Shown: positions 24,440-36,891 of the stretch, in pieces
How positions within the stretch are numbered: the first letter of the stretch is position 1
Layout: every line of letters starts with the position of its first letter
From: Hemiscyllium ocellatum
Taxonomy: Eukaryota
NCBI RefSeq assembly: GCF_020745735.1
Contig: NC_083409.1
Location: 11,224,820 to 11,288,819 of the forward strand
Direction: 5' to 3'
DNA: 64,000 bases
Notes under the pieces: generated by a model
Seen by the model: only the letters and a program-made list of their open reading frames with translations
What the model was told of the DNA's origin: nothing
The model's database searches: none
Made by a program: the position numbers and the translations under genes

Positions 24440-26800
24440 ATTTTCATTGCTCTTTGTTCTTTGAACTGAGGAAGCTCAAAGGAACAGAGTGATCTTGGGT
24501 GCTTCTCCATTGATCAATGAATGTGGCAAGACAGGTTAACAGAGCAGTTAAGAAGGCATAGGGGACACTTGGCTTTGTCATGTCAGGTATCGGTTATAAA
24601 AGCAGGAGGAGATGTTGCAGTTAAGCAGAACATTGGTGAGGCCACAGCTGGAGCACTGTGTGCAGTTCAGGTCACCACACTGCAGGAAAGATGTGATTGC
24701 ACTGGATGGGGTGCAGAGGGGAATCACCAGGATGTTGTGTGGGATGGAACCTCTCAGTGATGAAGAGAAATTGGATCATCTCGGGTTGTTTTCTTCAGAG
24801 CAGAGAAGGTGGAGGGGCACCTGATCGAAGTGTATAAGGTGATGAGGGGAATGGACAGGGAGGAGAGAAAGCAGCTGTTCTCCTTCTTGGGAGGGTCAAT
24901 AACAAGTTGGTTCACATTCAATGTCAAAGATAGGAGGTTTCAAGATGTTTTGAGGAAAGTGTTTTTGACCCAGAGGATGGTGGGTGGTCTGGAATACACA
25001 GTCTGGGAAAGTAGTTGAGGTGGGAAACCTCACAAACTTTAAAAAGTACTTGGGTGAGCAGTTGAAATATCAGAACATTCAAGCTATGTGCCGCATGTTG
25101 GAAAGTGGGACTGGTGTAGGTTTAGTGTAGTTTGGCTGGTACACAGTTAATGGGCTGAAGGGCCTCTTCTATACTGTGTGATTTTATGATTCTGTCGTGG
25201 GTAGTTTCGGGCTCCTTATCTGAAGAAGGATGTTCTGGCTGTGGAAGGAGGGCAGCGAAGGTTTACCAGACTGATTCCTGGGAGGACAGCATTTAGATCT
25301 GATGAGAAACTGGATTTGTTAGGATTATATTCACTGGAGTTCAGAAATTTGAGAGGAAACACATTGAAACCTGTAAAATCCTAACAGGACAAGACCGGTA
25401 AGCACGGGAATTGTGTTCCTGATGACTGGAAAGTCCAGAACCAGGAATCACATTTTAAAGAAAAGGGAAAGGCCATTTCAGACTGAGATGAGGAGACATT
25501 TCTTTAGCCAGAGAGTGGGAAGCTAGTGGAATATTTTGTCACAGAAAGCAATTGAGCCCAAAATATTAAATGTTTTCAAGAAGGCGAAAGGGATTAAAGG
25601 TTATGGAGAAAAAGTGGGAACAGGAGACTAAGTTGGATGATCAGCCATGGTCATATTGACTGGCAGAGCTGACTTGAAGGGCTGAACGGCCTCCTCCTGC
25701 TCCTAGTTCCTCTGTTTCTATGTTTGAGAGGCTGTTCATAAACATGGAAACATATGGAATTATAGAGTCACAGAGTCATCGAGTCCTACAGCACAGGGAC
25801 AGGCCCTTTGGCCCAAACTGGACCGTGCTGAACAAAATATCCACCCACACTAACCCCATTTCCCTCCACTTGGCCCATTTCCTTCAAATTACATACTATC
25901 TATGTATTTGTCCAAATGCCTTTTAAATGTTGTTAATGTACCAGCCTCAATCACTTCAGCTGGCAGCTCATTCCATACGAGTACCACCCTCTGCGTAAAA
26001 ATGTTGCCCCTCAGGTTCCCGTTTATTCTAACCTTCAACTGATGCCCTCTAGTCCTTGATTCCCAAACCCTGGAACAAAGATTGAGTGCAGTCACCCTAT
26101 CCATGTCTCTGAAGATCTTATACACTTCTAAAAGATTCCCCTTTACTCTCCGACACTCTTCAGAAAAATGTCCTAGCTTGTCCAACCTCTCCCAAAAACT
26201 CAGATGTTGAAACCTGGCAACATCCTTGTAAATTTATTCTGCACTCTTTCCAGTTTAATAATATCCTTCATATAACAAGGTGACCAAAACTGAACACAAT
26301 ACTCCACGTGCAGCCTCACCAGCATCATGTACAATTGAAACATAACTTCCCACCTTCTACACCCAGTGCCCTGACTGATGACGGCCAGTGTGCCAAAAGC
26401 TTTCTTCACTGCCCTGTCTAACTGTGACTCAACTTTCAGGGAACTGTGCACCTGAACTCCGAGATCCCACTGTTCCACTACAGTCCTTATGGCCTTCCCA
26501 TTCACCATGAAACTCCTACCTTGATTTAACTTTCCAAAATGCAAGTCCTCATATTTATCTACATTAAACTCAATTTATCATTCCTTTTCCCACTTCCACA
26601 GCTGATCAAGGTCCTGTTACAATATCTGACAACCTTCCTCATTGTCCACAATACCAGCTAATGGAATGTCTTCTAAATCATTGATATTGATAACAAACAG
26701 TAATGAACCCAGCATCAATCCTGAGGCACTCCACTAGACTCAGGCCTCCAGTCTGACAAGTATCCTTCCACTATGTCCCTCTGCTTTCACCCATTCTCGC
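24440..26800. mobile_element. Three further CR1 3' fragments (24440-25190 +, 25200-25720 +, 25740-26800 -)
   Basis: Repeated LEHCVQF, FFSQRV and GHQLKVR remnants, each with a CR1 3' stem-loop. Confidence 0.8.
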
Positions 26801-26809
26801 CAGTTAGAG

Positions 26810-27712
26810 AAAAGTATTTATCTTTGGTCAGGAATTAGTTTGGAGTTAGGAGACAGAGAGGATGGATAATGTGTGTGCTCTCCAATGACTAAAATGTGGA
26901 TAGTGGTGTCCCCAGGGAACTGGGCCGGAACCTCAGCATTTCACGATATTTCTCAATGACTTGGATGAAAGAATAGACAGCCATATATCCAAGATTGTTG
27001 ACCACACTGAGTGAGGCAGTTTGGAGGAAGTTACAGAGATAGGGAGAGTGGAGGACAGGGAGGGACTTGAGAACAAGGATGAGAATTTGAAAATCGAGGT
27101 GTTGCTGGACCAGGAGCCAATGTAGGCACAGGGTGCAGGGGAATGGAGGAATGGGATTTGATGTGAGTTTGGATATGGGCAGCAGAATTTGGAATGAGCT
27201 GAAGGTTACGGAGGGCAGTGGCTGTGATGTGTGCAAGCACAACATTGGTATGGTCATGTTTGGAGTTCCATACACATGACAGAGATTTTCAGTGGCTGAT
27301 CTTTGTGAGATGGAGGGTATGGTGCTCAGATCGGCCCCAAAGATGAGGCCAAGTTTGTAAAGAGTCTGGTTGAGCAGCAGATAGTGCTCAGGGAGAGGGA
27401 AGGAGTTTCTACCAGGATCTGAAGGGGATGGCTTTGATCTTCCCAATGTGTTTCCCAGTGAGCCTGGCTCCTCAGTCCTGACTGCTCTTAGCTGCTGTGA
27501 TTGTCACTGATTGGACATTTATTATTAGAGGTTCTGACCACAGCAGAAAGCCCCAGTGTAAAAAATAACTGCAAAGACTGTCAGAGCACAAGGTTGAAAC
27601 TTCACCAAAAGAGGAAGTGAAAGAAGGAGCTCGGAGCAGCTGGGTGTTTGTTACTGAGATGGGAGAAAACTGTGAACCATCTGCACTCCCTGGAACCTGA
27701 CAGCACAGGAGG
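26810..27712 (+). repeat. Inverted segmental duplicate of 2530-3470, about 5 kb upstream of V
   Basis: As above. For example, GAGGAAGTGAAAGAAGGAGCTCGGAGCAGCTGGGTGTTTGTTACTGAGA here is the exact reverse complement of sequence at about 2585-2633. Confidence 0.9.
27440..27710. promoter_or_regulatory. Candidate B-cell enhancer/promoter block (EICE + E-box + forkhead-like + CCAAT)
   Basis: GAGGAAGTGAAA at 27611-27622 fits the ETS-IRF composite GGAAnnGAAA. CAGCTG, TGTTTGT and CTGATTGGAC (inverted CCAAT) are also present. All are unchanged in the inverted copy at 2540-2810. Confidence 0.5.
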
Positions 27713-27869
27713 CTGGTTCTGGGATTTTTCTTTTCAGAAACAGCACAGTGATGGGAAAAAGGACAGTCACTCTCTCACAAACACGCACGCCTGTACTCGG
27801 CGATCAGAAACAGAATCCAGCAGCAGCTCTGTCTCCAAGCTGTGAAACCTGCACAGAATTGTTCCTTCA

Positions 27870-28410
27870 TTCAGTTTTTAACTGGCAGGATAGACCAAGC
27901 AGGGGAGGCAACTCAGTGGTGTGTGTAGTCGGAAAGGGATTGCCCTGGGAGTCCTCACCATTAACTATGGAACCCATGAAGCCTCATGACAGCAGGTCAA
28001 ACATGGGGAAGGAAACCTCCTGCTGATTACCACATAGCACCGCCCTCCCCTCCAACCTCAACTGAGCAGTCAGTCCTCCTCCATGTTGAACAACACTTGG
28101 AGGGAGCACTGAGGGAGGGAATGATGCAGGATATACTCTGAGTAAGGGGTTTCAAAGTCCACCATCAAGACCTGCTCAGAAGCATCATTGCTGAGCAAGG
28201 TGGTCACGCTCCACCTAATTCAGCTGCTCGACTGGACCTGGGGCAGGTGGTGAGGGAACCAACAAGAGGGAAAAACATACTCACTATCACCCTCACCAAC
28301 CTGCCTGCTGTTGGTGTATCTGTCCATGACAGTATCAGTAAGGGTGACAACTGCACAGTCCGTGTGGAGACAAAATCCCATCTTCACATTGAGATTACCT
28401 TGCATTTTGT
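27870..28410 (+). mobile_element. Second APE fragment of the same non-LTR family as 230-1000
   Basis: WQDRPSRGG, YRPPL and VVREPTRGKNILTITLTNLP...DSISKGDNCTVRVETK. Confidence 0.7.
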
Positions 28411-29289
28411 TGGACAAAAGATATGGGATGTCAGGAAGAATGTTTTCTTTAGCAGCAATTGGTAATGACTTGGAAGTTAGTGCCCATTCAGGTGAGGCAG
28501 GTGAAGACACTCAGTTATTGCAATGGCAGATTGGATGGGCTCTTGATGGAAATAAACCTGCAAGGCTCTGGGGGTCGAGTCGGGGAGGGGGTGGGACTGA
28601 CTGGATTGCTCCATGAAATGACAGCATTTACACACTTAGTCTCACCTTTACACAAAGACTGGGAGAAACAGGCAAACCAGTTCACAGAAGTGTTTTCTCA
28701 AGCAAAACACTCTTGAACCAACTCAGAGAACACACCAGTCTAGATTTACCAGAATAAATCAGCAAACCAATGGCAAGGGAACAGCGAACCAAAAGTGATG
28801 AAACTGAACAGTATATTCAAGAGCACAAACGACGAGAGAGGGAGGGATGAATGGCAGGAGGGCAGAGAGGATACTCTCGGGGTCTGAAGGCTCTGCTGTC
28901 AATGGTGGGATGGAGGAAGCAGCAATGGGCAGGAGACCAGAGACAGAAGGTGGAATGGGGAGGGAGGGAATGTGAGTCTACAGCAGGACACAGATTGAGG
29001 GAGGAGGGAGGCCATGGAGGCAATTGGCTGGCAGTGAGGTCAGATTCTGGAACAACTGTAGTTGTAAGACAGGGAAGGGACCACTCCACATCAGACAAGT
29101 TGGGGTTTATGGAATGTGGCTTCATGAAGCTGGGAGAGGACATTGAAATCATAGAGTCAGGAGGTGGGATAAGCAGGAATTGGGGTTTCTGTGGTCAAGA
29201 GGCTGAGGTAATGCAGAGACAAACAATGTTGTGCAGATTGAAATAAGAGACCTACGTAATGGACAGGATGTGGTGTTACAGCTCAGGTA

Positions 29290-30870
29290 CTGGACAGTCC
29301 AGTGGGAAGGAGGCCCATGTTTACTGTTTATTGGTCCATGGGAAGGTGCCACATGTTTACATCATCATAGAGCCATAGAGGTTTACAGCATGGCAGCAGG
29401 CCCTTCAGCTCAACTCATCCATGCCGACCAAGTTTCCAAAACTGTACTAGTCCCATTTGCCTGTGTTTGGCCCAACCCTCTCTAAATCCTTCCTATCCAT
29501 GTTCCTGTAAAAATGCCCTTGAAATGTAGTAATTGTACTGACCTCTACCACTACCTCTGGCAGTTCATTGCACATACACACCATCCTCTGTGTGGAAAGG
29601 TTGTCTCTCAGGCCCCTTCTAATTCTTTCCCCTCTCAACTTAAACCTATTCCTTCTCATACTGGACTCTCCTACTCTGGGGAGAAAAAAAAAACTTTGGC
29701 TATTCACCTTATCTATGGCCCTAATGATTCTATAAACCTCTCTAAGGTCACCCCTCAATCTCCTGCATTCACTGGAAAAATCTCTCGGCCTATCCATCCT
29801 CGCCTTATAATTCAAACTCACCAACCTTGGTAACATCCCTGTTAATCTTTCTTTTATTCAAACCACTGTCATAACTTCCTTCCTATAGCAGGGTGAGCAG
29901 GAATGTACACAGTGTCCAAATGTGGCCTTACCAATGCCTTGTACAGCTGTAACATGATGTCCCAGCTCCTGTACTCCCTGCTTTGACCAGTGAAGGTGAG
30001 CGTGCCAAATACCTTCTTCACCATCCTGTCTACCTGTGACACCACTTTCAAGGAACTATGCACCTGTACCCCTCAGTCTCTCTGTTCAACAACACTCCCC
30101 ATGGCTCTACCATTAATTGTGTAATTCCTGCCCTGGTTGGTCTTACCAAAATGCAACTCCTTGCATTTCTCGAAATCAAACTCCATCTGGATTTGTTGAC
30201 CCACTGGTCCAGTTGGTGAAGATGACATTGCAATCTTAGATAACCTTCTTGCCTGTTAACGATGCCAACAAATTTAATGTCAGCCACAAACTTCCTGAAC
30301 CATTCTGCTATTTTCTCATCCAAATTGTTCATGTAAATGATGAACAACAGTGGATCCAGGATCGATTCTTGTGGCAGACGGCTGGTCACTAGCCTCCAGT
30401 CTGAAGAACAACCCTGTCTCACCAGCCTCTGCCTCCTACCATCAGGCCCATTTTATATCCAATTGGTTAGCTCTACCTGGATCCTCTGTGATATAATCTT
30501 ACTAAGCAGTCTACAACGGGGAACCTTGTCTAAGGCCTTGCTAAACTCCATGTCGACGATGTGTACTGATCTATCTTAATCTACCTATTTCTTCAAAAAC
30601 TAAACTATCCACTTGTCTCCATTAGAACGACAAGTGAATAGGAGGCCCACATTTCCTGGTCTTCAGTCAGAAGGAGGTCCATGTTTACTGGTCTCCTTTG
30701 GAGAGTCCATTAGGAAGGAGGCCAACATTTACTGGTCTTTATTGGAGGCTCAAGCAGGAACAATGCCCATGTTTACTGGTCTCTATAGGGAGCTTCAGTG
30801 GGAAGGAGGCCCATGTCTCTCCATGGGGCACTCTTGTGAACTGACATCCATGTTTACTGGACTCTGTTGA
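29290..30870. repeat. Degenerate minisatellite (core GGAAGGAGGCCCATGTTTACTG) split by a CR1
   Basis: About 2 units at 29295-29360 and about 5-6 units at 30635-30870. Confidence 0.75.
29362..30600 (-). mobile_element. CR1 3' portion inserted in a degenerate minisatellite
   Basis: ORFs 29447-29836 and 30048-30422 are RT remnants, with a CATAGAGCCATAGAG tail at the left end. Confidence 0.85.
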
Positions 30871-31369
30871 AGAATCCAATGCATCGTGGACACCATGGTG
30901 GGTGTGGGGTTCAGTTTCTTTCTGTTGTAACTGTGTGATGGACAACCCTCATCCCAGTAAAACACCCTGACTCAGAGACTGATCATGGAAGGGGAAGGAG
31001 AGAGGAAGGGATTGGAACATGATGTGAATGAACAGGATGGGTCAGTGGGTTAGAGCCTGTCCTGCCCCTCCAACTCACACTGATGGCCTGAGGATCTCCT
31101 CTCTCTGCTGGACCTTCGTGGAATGAGGTTTGTGTCCAAACCAGTCCCCAGTGAGAATAGGCCAACAGCACAAAACTGCCTTTCATTTAACAAGAATCTG
31201 TCCATCTTCCTGAGAGATACCAAAACCTGGTCAATGTGGAAATGGACCTTTACTCCAGGAGAAGACATGATTCTGGGGTCAAGGGTTAACATCCATTTGT
31301 GGGACAGAGCAGAGAGAGATTTATCCTGAATTCAACTGTCACCACCTGGGACACTGTGAGAAAGAAAAA

Positions 31370-31690
31370 GAAGCGAGACAGAGAAAGAGAAATAGAGGTC
31401 GAGTGGAATGTGGAGAAGGAGGGAGGGACAGATGGAGAAATAGAGAGGGGTAGATAACATTTGGAGGCTTTCAATTGAAGTGAGAGATGGAGCAAGTGAC
31501 GAAGACAGTGAGAGATGGAGAAAGATTATGAGACGGAGTGAAGAAACGTGAGTGAGTTGGAGAGAGTGGCTATGAGACAGAGTGAGAGAGAGAGAATATG
31601 AGAGAGATTAACAGTGGGAGAGAGAGATAGATGTAGAGAGATCAAAGTAGCAGATGTGAGACAGAAAGGGGAAAAGAGAGAGAGAGAGAA
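31370..31690 (+). repeat. Purine-rich (GA/GAGA) low-complexity tract
   Basis: Strong purine bias over ~320 bp, about 1.1 kb upstream of the V leader. Confidence 0.8.
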
Positions 31691-32620
31691 AGGTCCTGAT
31701 CACCACATTCTGGGAAGGATGTGATTGTACTTGAGAGGGGGCAGAGGAGATTTCCCAGGATGCTGCCTGGGATGAAGGGTCAGCTATGAGGAAAGATTGG
31801 AAAGGTTGGGGCAGTTTTCCTTGGAGCATTGAAGGTTGAGAGGGACCTGATAGAGAGGTATAAGATAATTGTTGGCAGTGATGTGTTGCATAGGAAGGCA
31901 CTTTATACAAGAATAAAGGACTCAATAACCAGGGACAGAGATTGAAGGTAACACAGACATGGACACATAGAAACTTGGAGCAGGAGCAGGCCATTTGGCC
32001 CTTTGAGTCTTGTGTGTCATTCAGTATGATCATGGCTGATCCTCTCTCTCAATGCTGTGTTGCTGCTTTCTCCCTATTTCCTTCATGCTGTTAAAATGCA
32101 AAACAACTCTTTTCTTTTTCTTGAATATATTCAGTTCCTTGTCCTCCACAGCCGTTTGTGGTAGAGAATTCATCAGGTTGACCATCCTCTGAGTGAAGAA
32201 ATGTTTCCTCATCTCAGTCCAAAATGGTCTACCCCGTATCTCCCTGAGACTGTGTCCCCTGGTTCCAGATTCCCCAACCAGGGGAACCTCCTCCCTGCCT
32301 GGGCATGTTAGAATTTTATACATTTCAATCAGATCCCCTCTCATCCATCTAAACTCGAGTGAATCCAGGCCCAGTTGAGTTGCAGAGTGAGAGGAGAATT
32401 GAGGAGAAATGTTTTCAACCAGAGGGTGGGGGGAGTCTGGAACTCACTGCCTGAAAGGCTGGTTGAATCACAAACTCTTGTGACATTGGAGCAGTGTTTA
32501 GATATTCCCTTGTGTTGCTGTAACCTCCAGGGTAATGGGCCAAGAGCTGGAGGATGGGATTAGTGTCATCAGATCTTTGTTTACTAGCACAAACACAATG
32601 GGCCAAATGGCCTCATTCAG
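31690..32620. mobile_element. Three short CR1 3' fragments upstream of the V promoter
   Basis: RGDLIEMYK, RGHSLRE and FNQRVGGVWNSLPE remnants on both strands. Confidence 0.75.
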
Positions 32621-32675
32621 TGCTGTTCACATCAATCACTCTCTGAGACAAAGAGAGTGAGATAGAGAGAGAGAA

Positions 32676-32772
32676 GAGGAAGTGTGAGGGGCTGACGTGG
32701 CTCTCTCTGCCTGATGCCATTTACATACTGAGGAACACCCAGTCAGACTCTCACAGGCTGCAGCTTTATAAA
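32676..32772 (+). promoter_or_regulatory. Ig light-chain V promoter: PU-box, CRE-like half site, variant octamer, TATA
   Basis: GAGGAAGT at 32676-32683, TGACGT at 32693-32698, ATTTACAT at 32719-32726 (one mismatch to the Ig octamer ATTTGCAT) and TATAAA at 32767-32772, all 60-160 bp upstream of the leader ATG. This layout is typical of Ig light-chain promoters. Function is inferred. Confidence 0.7.
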
Positions 32773-32832
32773 GCAGAGCCCAGTGAAGGGAGAGTTTATC
32801 AGGAACCAGGCACAGGGACAGGAGCACACACC

Positions 32833-32881
32833 ATGATTTCACACATCCAGCTGATCTGGCCCCTGGCATTCTGTGTCGCAG
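32833..32881 (+). CDS. IGKV: Ig kappa-type light chain leader exon (L1), MISHIQLIWPLAFCVA(G)
   Basis: ATG in a CACCATG context, 16 mostly hydrophobic codons plus 1 nt, then a GT donor at 32882 (G|GTACAA). The phase-1 intron ends at CCCTCAG (33067) and joins in frame to [10 protein letters not shown]. Confidence 0.92.
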
Positions 32882-33067
32882 GTACAAATCTCTCTCCTTC
32901 CACCTTGAATCTTTAGCTGCTCTCCATTTCACTCCAATTCCACTGACTTGTGATTGAAGGGAAAATGCTGAAACCAGAGGAATGCTCAGTGTCTCCAACA
33001 ATCTCTCATTTGACAGGCTCTTTCTGTGACAGTTCTGACTTCACTGTGTTTCTCTCTGACCCCTCAG

Positions 33068-33364
33068 GTATCAGTGGGGACATCATCATGACCCAGTCTC
33101 CCCCGGTGCTGTCAGTGGGACTGGGCCAGACCGCAACACTCACCTGTACGGCCAGTCAATATGTTAGCAATGAGCTTTCCTGGTACCAGCAGCGAGAAGG
33201 TCAGAAACCCTCTCTCCTGATCTATGCTGCAACAAATCGATTCACAGGAGTCTCCGAGCGATTCACCGGCAGTGGATCAGGGACCAGTTTCACCCTGACA
33301 ATCAGCAATGTTCAGAATGAGGATGTCGCTGACTATTACTGTATGCAGGATTACAGCTGGCCTT
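33068..33364 (+). CDS. IGKV: Ig kappa-type (shark NS4/type III-like) V exon, germline unrearranged, open frame
   Basis: Translates (G)[98 protein letters not shown]. Both canonical Cys, the WYQQ and DYYC motifs, a kappa-length CDR2 and a 12-RSS are present. The isotype call rests on recalled similarity to shark NS4. Confidence 0.97.
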
Positions 33365-33392
33365 CACAGTGATACAGAGCCGTACAAAAACC
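33365..33392 (+). other. Recombination signal sequence, 12-bp spacer
   Basis: CACAGTG (33365-33371) + ATACAGAGCCGT (12 nt) + ACAAAAACC (33384-33392). Heptamer and nonamer both match consensus exactly. A V with a 12-RSS is the kappa configuration. Confidence 0.98.
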
Positions 33393-35459
33393 TCAAAGCA
33401 CACAGAATCACCTCCTGCACTGACACATGCACGGTTATATAAAATGCATAATAATGGACACACAGCCCCACTGCCTGAACTGTCATATCCCACAGTTAGA
33501 TCTAAATGAAACTGCACAAATTACCCCATGCTGGGATTGTCACTGTCCACGATACACTCCAGTCCCTGTGGTGTCTCAACGCTCACTAAAGGCCTCAAGC
33601 TTCCCTCTTCCACTCCATGGCCACATGTGAAGAACAGCTGCAAGATTTAACAATGAAAAATAAAGTTCACAACCTCGAGGCAGAGATTGTTGAAGGTGTT
33701 AGTGGGAAGCTGCAGTGAATGAAATGGTTGATTGAGGAGCACTGTGTCTCAAAGGGTGTCCAGCTGTATCTCTTTAGTTCCATTGCCCCCTTTAAGCAGC
33801 AAGATAAAAGTCAGTAAGTTTTACTCACCGTGTGGAGGAGCTCTGTCCATTTGCAGCCTGTGGTCCCATTCCTACAGCATGGAGTGAAATCAGTGAGTAG
33901 CCTCCTGCCAGTCTCAGGGTGACATTTGATCTCCTTACTGATCAAGAACCTATCTGTCTCTGTTTTAAATACTCTCAACATCTTGGCATCCATAGAGCTC
34001 TGTGACAATGAATTCCGCAGATTCACCACCATGTGGCTGAAGAAATGCCTCCTTATCTCAGTTCTGACGGATCACTCTGAGGCTGTGCCTTCAGGCCCGA
34101 GTTTCTTCTATTCGTGGAAACACCTTCTCCATGTTCTCCAGGCCTCTCAATATTCTGTAGTTTCAATAAGATTCCCCCCTCATCTTTCTAAACACAATTG
34201 CATACAGATCCAGAATCCTCAACCACTCTTTATATGACACCCCCTTCATTCCCAGGATCATTCTTATTCTTTCTCACTTTTTCCTCTGGACCCTCTCCAA
34301 TGACAGCACATCCTTCCTTAATAAGGAGACCAAAATTCCAAATGTGGTCTGATCAAAGACTTATACAAACGCAGCAGTACACCTCTGACGTTAAAGTTAA
34401 TGCTAACATTGTAACTGCCTTTCAAACAGCCAATGATGAACCTGCACGTTAACCTTCAGAGAAACCTGAGCAAGGACTCCCAATTCTCTTTGTGCTTCAG
34501 ATTTCTGAAATCTTTCCTCACTTAGAAAAGTCTGTGCCTCTATTCTTCCCACCAAAGTATCTAGCCTCACAAGTCCCCGCACTGTACTCCACCTGCCACT
34601 TCTTTGCACATTCTCCCAGCCTGACCAAGTCCTTCTGCAATCTCCCCCACTTCCTCAACTCCACCTGTCCTTTCACCAATTTTTGTGTCATCTACAAACA
34701 TATGAACAATATCTTCAGTTCCTTATCCAGATTGTTAATGGATAATGTGAATAGTTGTGGTCCCAACACAGATCCCTGCGGATCGCCACAAAGCACCACC
34801 AGCCATCCAGAAAAAAAATCCCTTTGTCCCTACTCTCGCCTTTGTGCCGGGCAGCCAATCCTCTACAATTCGCAGTGCCTTGCTCCTGACAGCATGGGCT
34901 CTGATTTGACTTAGCAGTCTCCTTTAATGTACCCTGTCAAAGGCCTGGTGGAAATCCAAATGGATCACATCCACTGGCTCTCCTTTGTCTAACTCACTTG
35001 TTACCTCCTCAAAGATTTCTAACAGATTTATCAGGCATGCCTCCCTTTGATGAAGCTGTGCTAACTCAGCCCAATTTTACCAGGCTGCAATTTTACCAGG
35101 CTTACAGGTGAGATTCCAAATACCTGCAATCTCACCCTTAAGTAGACCTCTAAAATCTTACCAATGACTGAGGTCAGGCTAACCAGCTTATAATGTCCCA
35201 TCTCTGCCTCCCTCCTTTCTTAAACAGGGATGTTACATTCACTATTTTCCAGTCTTCTGGGACCACCCCAACTCCAGTGATTTCTGAAAGATCACAGCCA
35301 ATGGCCCTACAATTACCTTAGCTATCTCCATCAGAACTCTGGCGTGTAGTCCATCGGGTCTGAATGATTTATCCACCTTCAGACCTTTCAGCTGCCTCAA
35401 CCCCTCCACCTTAGTGATGCCCTCTCCACTCGCTTCTGCTCCCAACTCTCTTGAAGGTC

Positions 35460-36890
35460 AGGTGTACTGGCTGATATTTAAGCATCATGGTTAGCCACAG
35501 GTGAGGTGCCTGAAGACTGGAGGATAGCGAAGACTGTGCCATTGTTCAAAAAGGGCTGAAAAACAAAAGCCTGGGAATTATAAGCCTAACATTTGTGGTG
35601 GGTAAGTTGTTTGATAAGATTAGATACACATGCATTTGGAAAGAGTGGATTTGATTAGGAGTTGTCAGCATGACTTTGTGAGTGGGAGAATATGCCTCAC
35701 ATAATTAAGTTACTTTGATGAATTTACCAGGAAGGTTGATGAGGGCAGGATGGTAGACATGGTCTATATGGATTTCAATGAGGCCTTTGATAAGGTTCCA
35801 CAGGGTAGTCTGTTGTGGAAGGTTAGATTGCATGGTATCCAAGGTGACCTGGCAAATTGGATACATGATTGGCTTGATGGTAGAAAGTACAGGGTAATAG
35901 GGGAAGTATCCTTATTGTACTGGGGGCCTGTGACTAGTGGAGTGCCTCAGTGGTCAGTGCTGAGCCCATTGCTGTTTGTTATCTATAACAATGTTTTGGA
36001 TGAGAATGTACAAGGCATGGTTAGTGAGTTTGCTGATGACACTCAAATAAGCAGCATCGTGGACAGTGCGGACAGTTATCAGAAATTGCAGCAGGACCTT
36101 GCTCAGCTGGGGAAGTGGGCCGAGAAATGACAAATAGAGTTTAATATAGATAAATGTGAGGTCTTGTATTTTGGAAATTTAAAGCAAGGTAGGAGTTTGA
36201 GGGTGAATGATAGGGCCTTAAGGAATATAATGGAACAGAGGGTCCTTAGAATTCAGGTAAGCAGTTCTCTGAAAATGGAGTCACAGTAAATAGAGCAGAG
36301 AAGAGAGCTTTTTCTGTAGTGCCCTTCATCAGTCAGGGCATTGACTACAGATGTTGAGAAGTTATATTGCAGTTATACAGGACACTGGTGAAGCCACACT
36401 TGGAATATTGTGTTCCGTTTTGGTCACCTTGTTCCAGGAAGGATGTTATTAAACTGGAAAGAGTGCAGAAGAAATTTGCCAGCATTCAATCGTTTGGGTT
36501 AAAGGGAGAGTACTTTTTTCTTGAGAGTGTAGGAGACTGAGGGAGGACCTCATAAGATCATGAGAGGCATGGATAGGGTGAATCACTCGGTCTTTTTCCC
36601 TAAGGTTTGTGAATATGAACTAGAGCGCATCAGTTAAGGCGAGAGGGGAAAGAATAAAAGGGAACCTGAGGGGCAACCTTTTTACACAGAGGGTTGTTTG
36701 CATATGGAATGAGCTGCCAGTGGAAGTGGTTGAGGTGGGTACATTAATAACATTTAAAAGGCATTTGGACAAATACAGCAAAGGAAAGGATTCAGAAGGA
36801 TATGGGCCAAGTGCAGGATTAGCGTAAATGGACATTTTGGTTGGCATGGACCAGTTTGGTCCAAATGGCCTGTCTCCATGCTGTAGGACT
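35460..36890 (+). mobile_element. Decayed CR1 RT and 3' end nested in the 33925-38830 element
   Basis: ORF 35750-36130 contains DFNEAFDKVPQ, GVPQWSVLSP and FADD. It ends in a GGCC...TGTCTCCATGCTGTAGGACTCT tail. Confidence 0.85.
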
Positions 36891-36891
36891 C

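Noticed and set aside
27744-27782. CACAGTG with a weak nonamer at 23 bp (CTCACAAAC)
   Set aside because: Only 4 of 9 nonamer matches and no V or J coding sequence adjacent.
29290-30870. Spaced repeats as a CRISPR-like array
   Set aside because: Vertebrate DNA, degenerate units with irregular spacing, and no cas genes.
32950-33372. 140-aa ORF in the track starting MIEGK
   Set aside because: It reads through the leader intron from a non-ATG start. The real gene uses the spliced leader at 32833-32881.
33740-33830. CACTGTG followed by AAAGGGTGTCCAGCTG and a later GTAAGT, as a possible degenerate J
   Set aside because: No nonamer 23 bp upstream (AGCTGCAGT), no FG codons, and no J-length frame ending at the donor.
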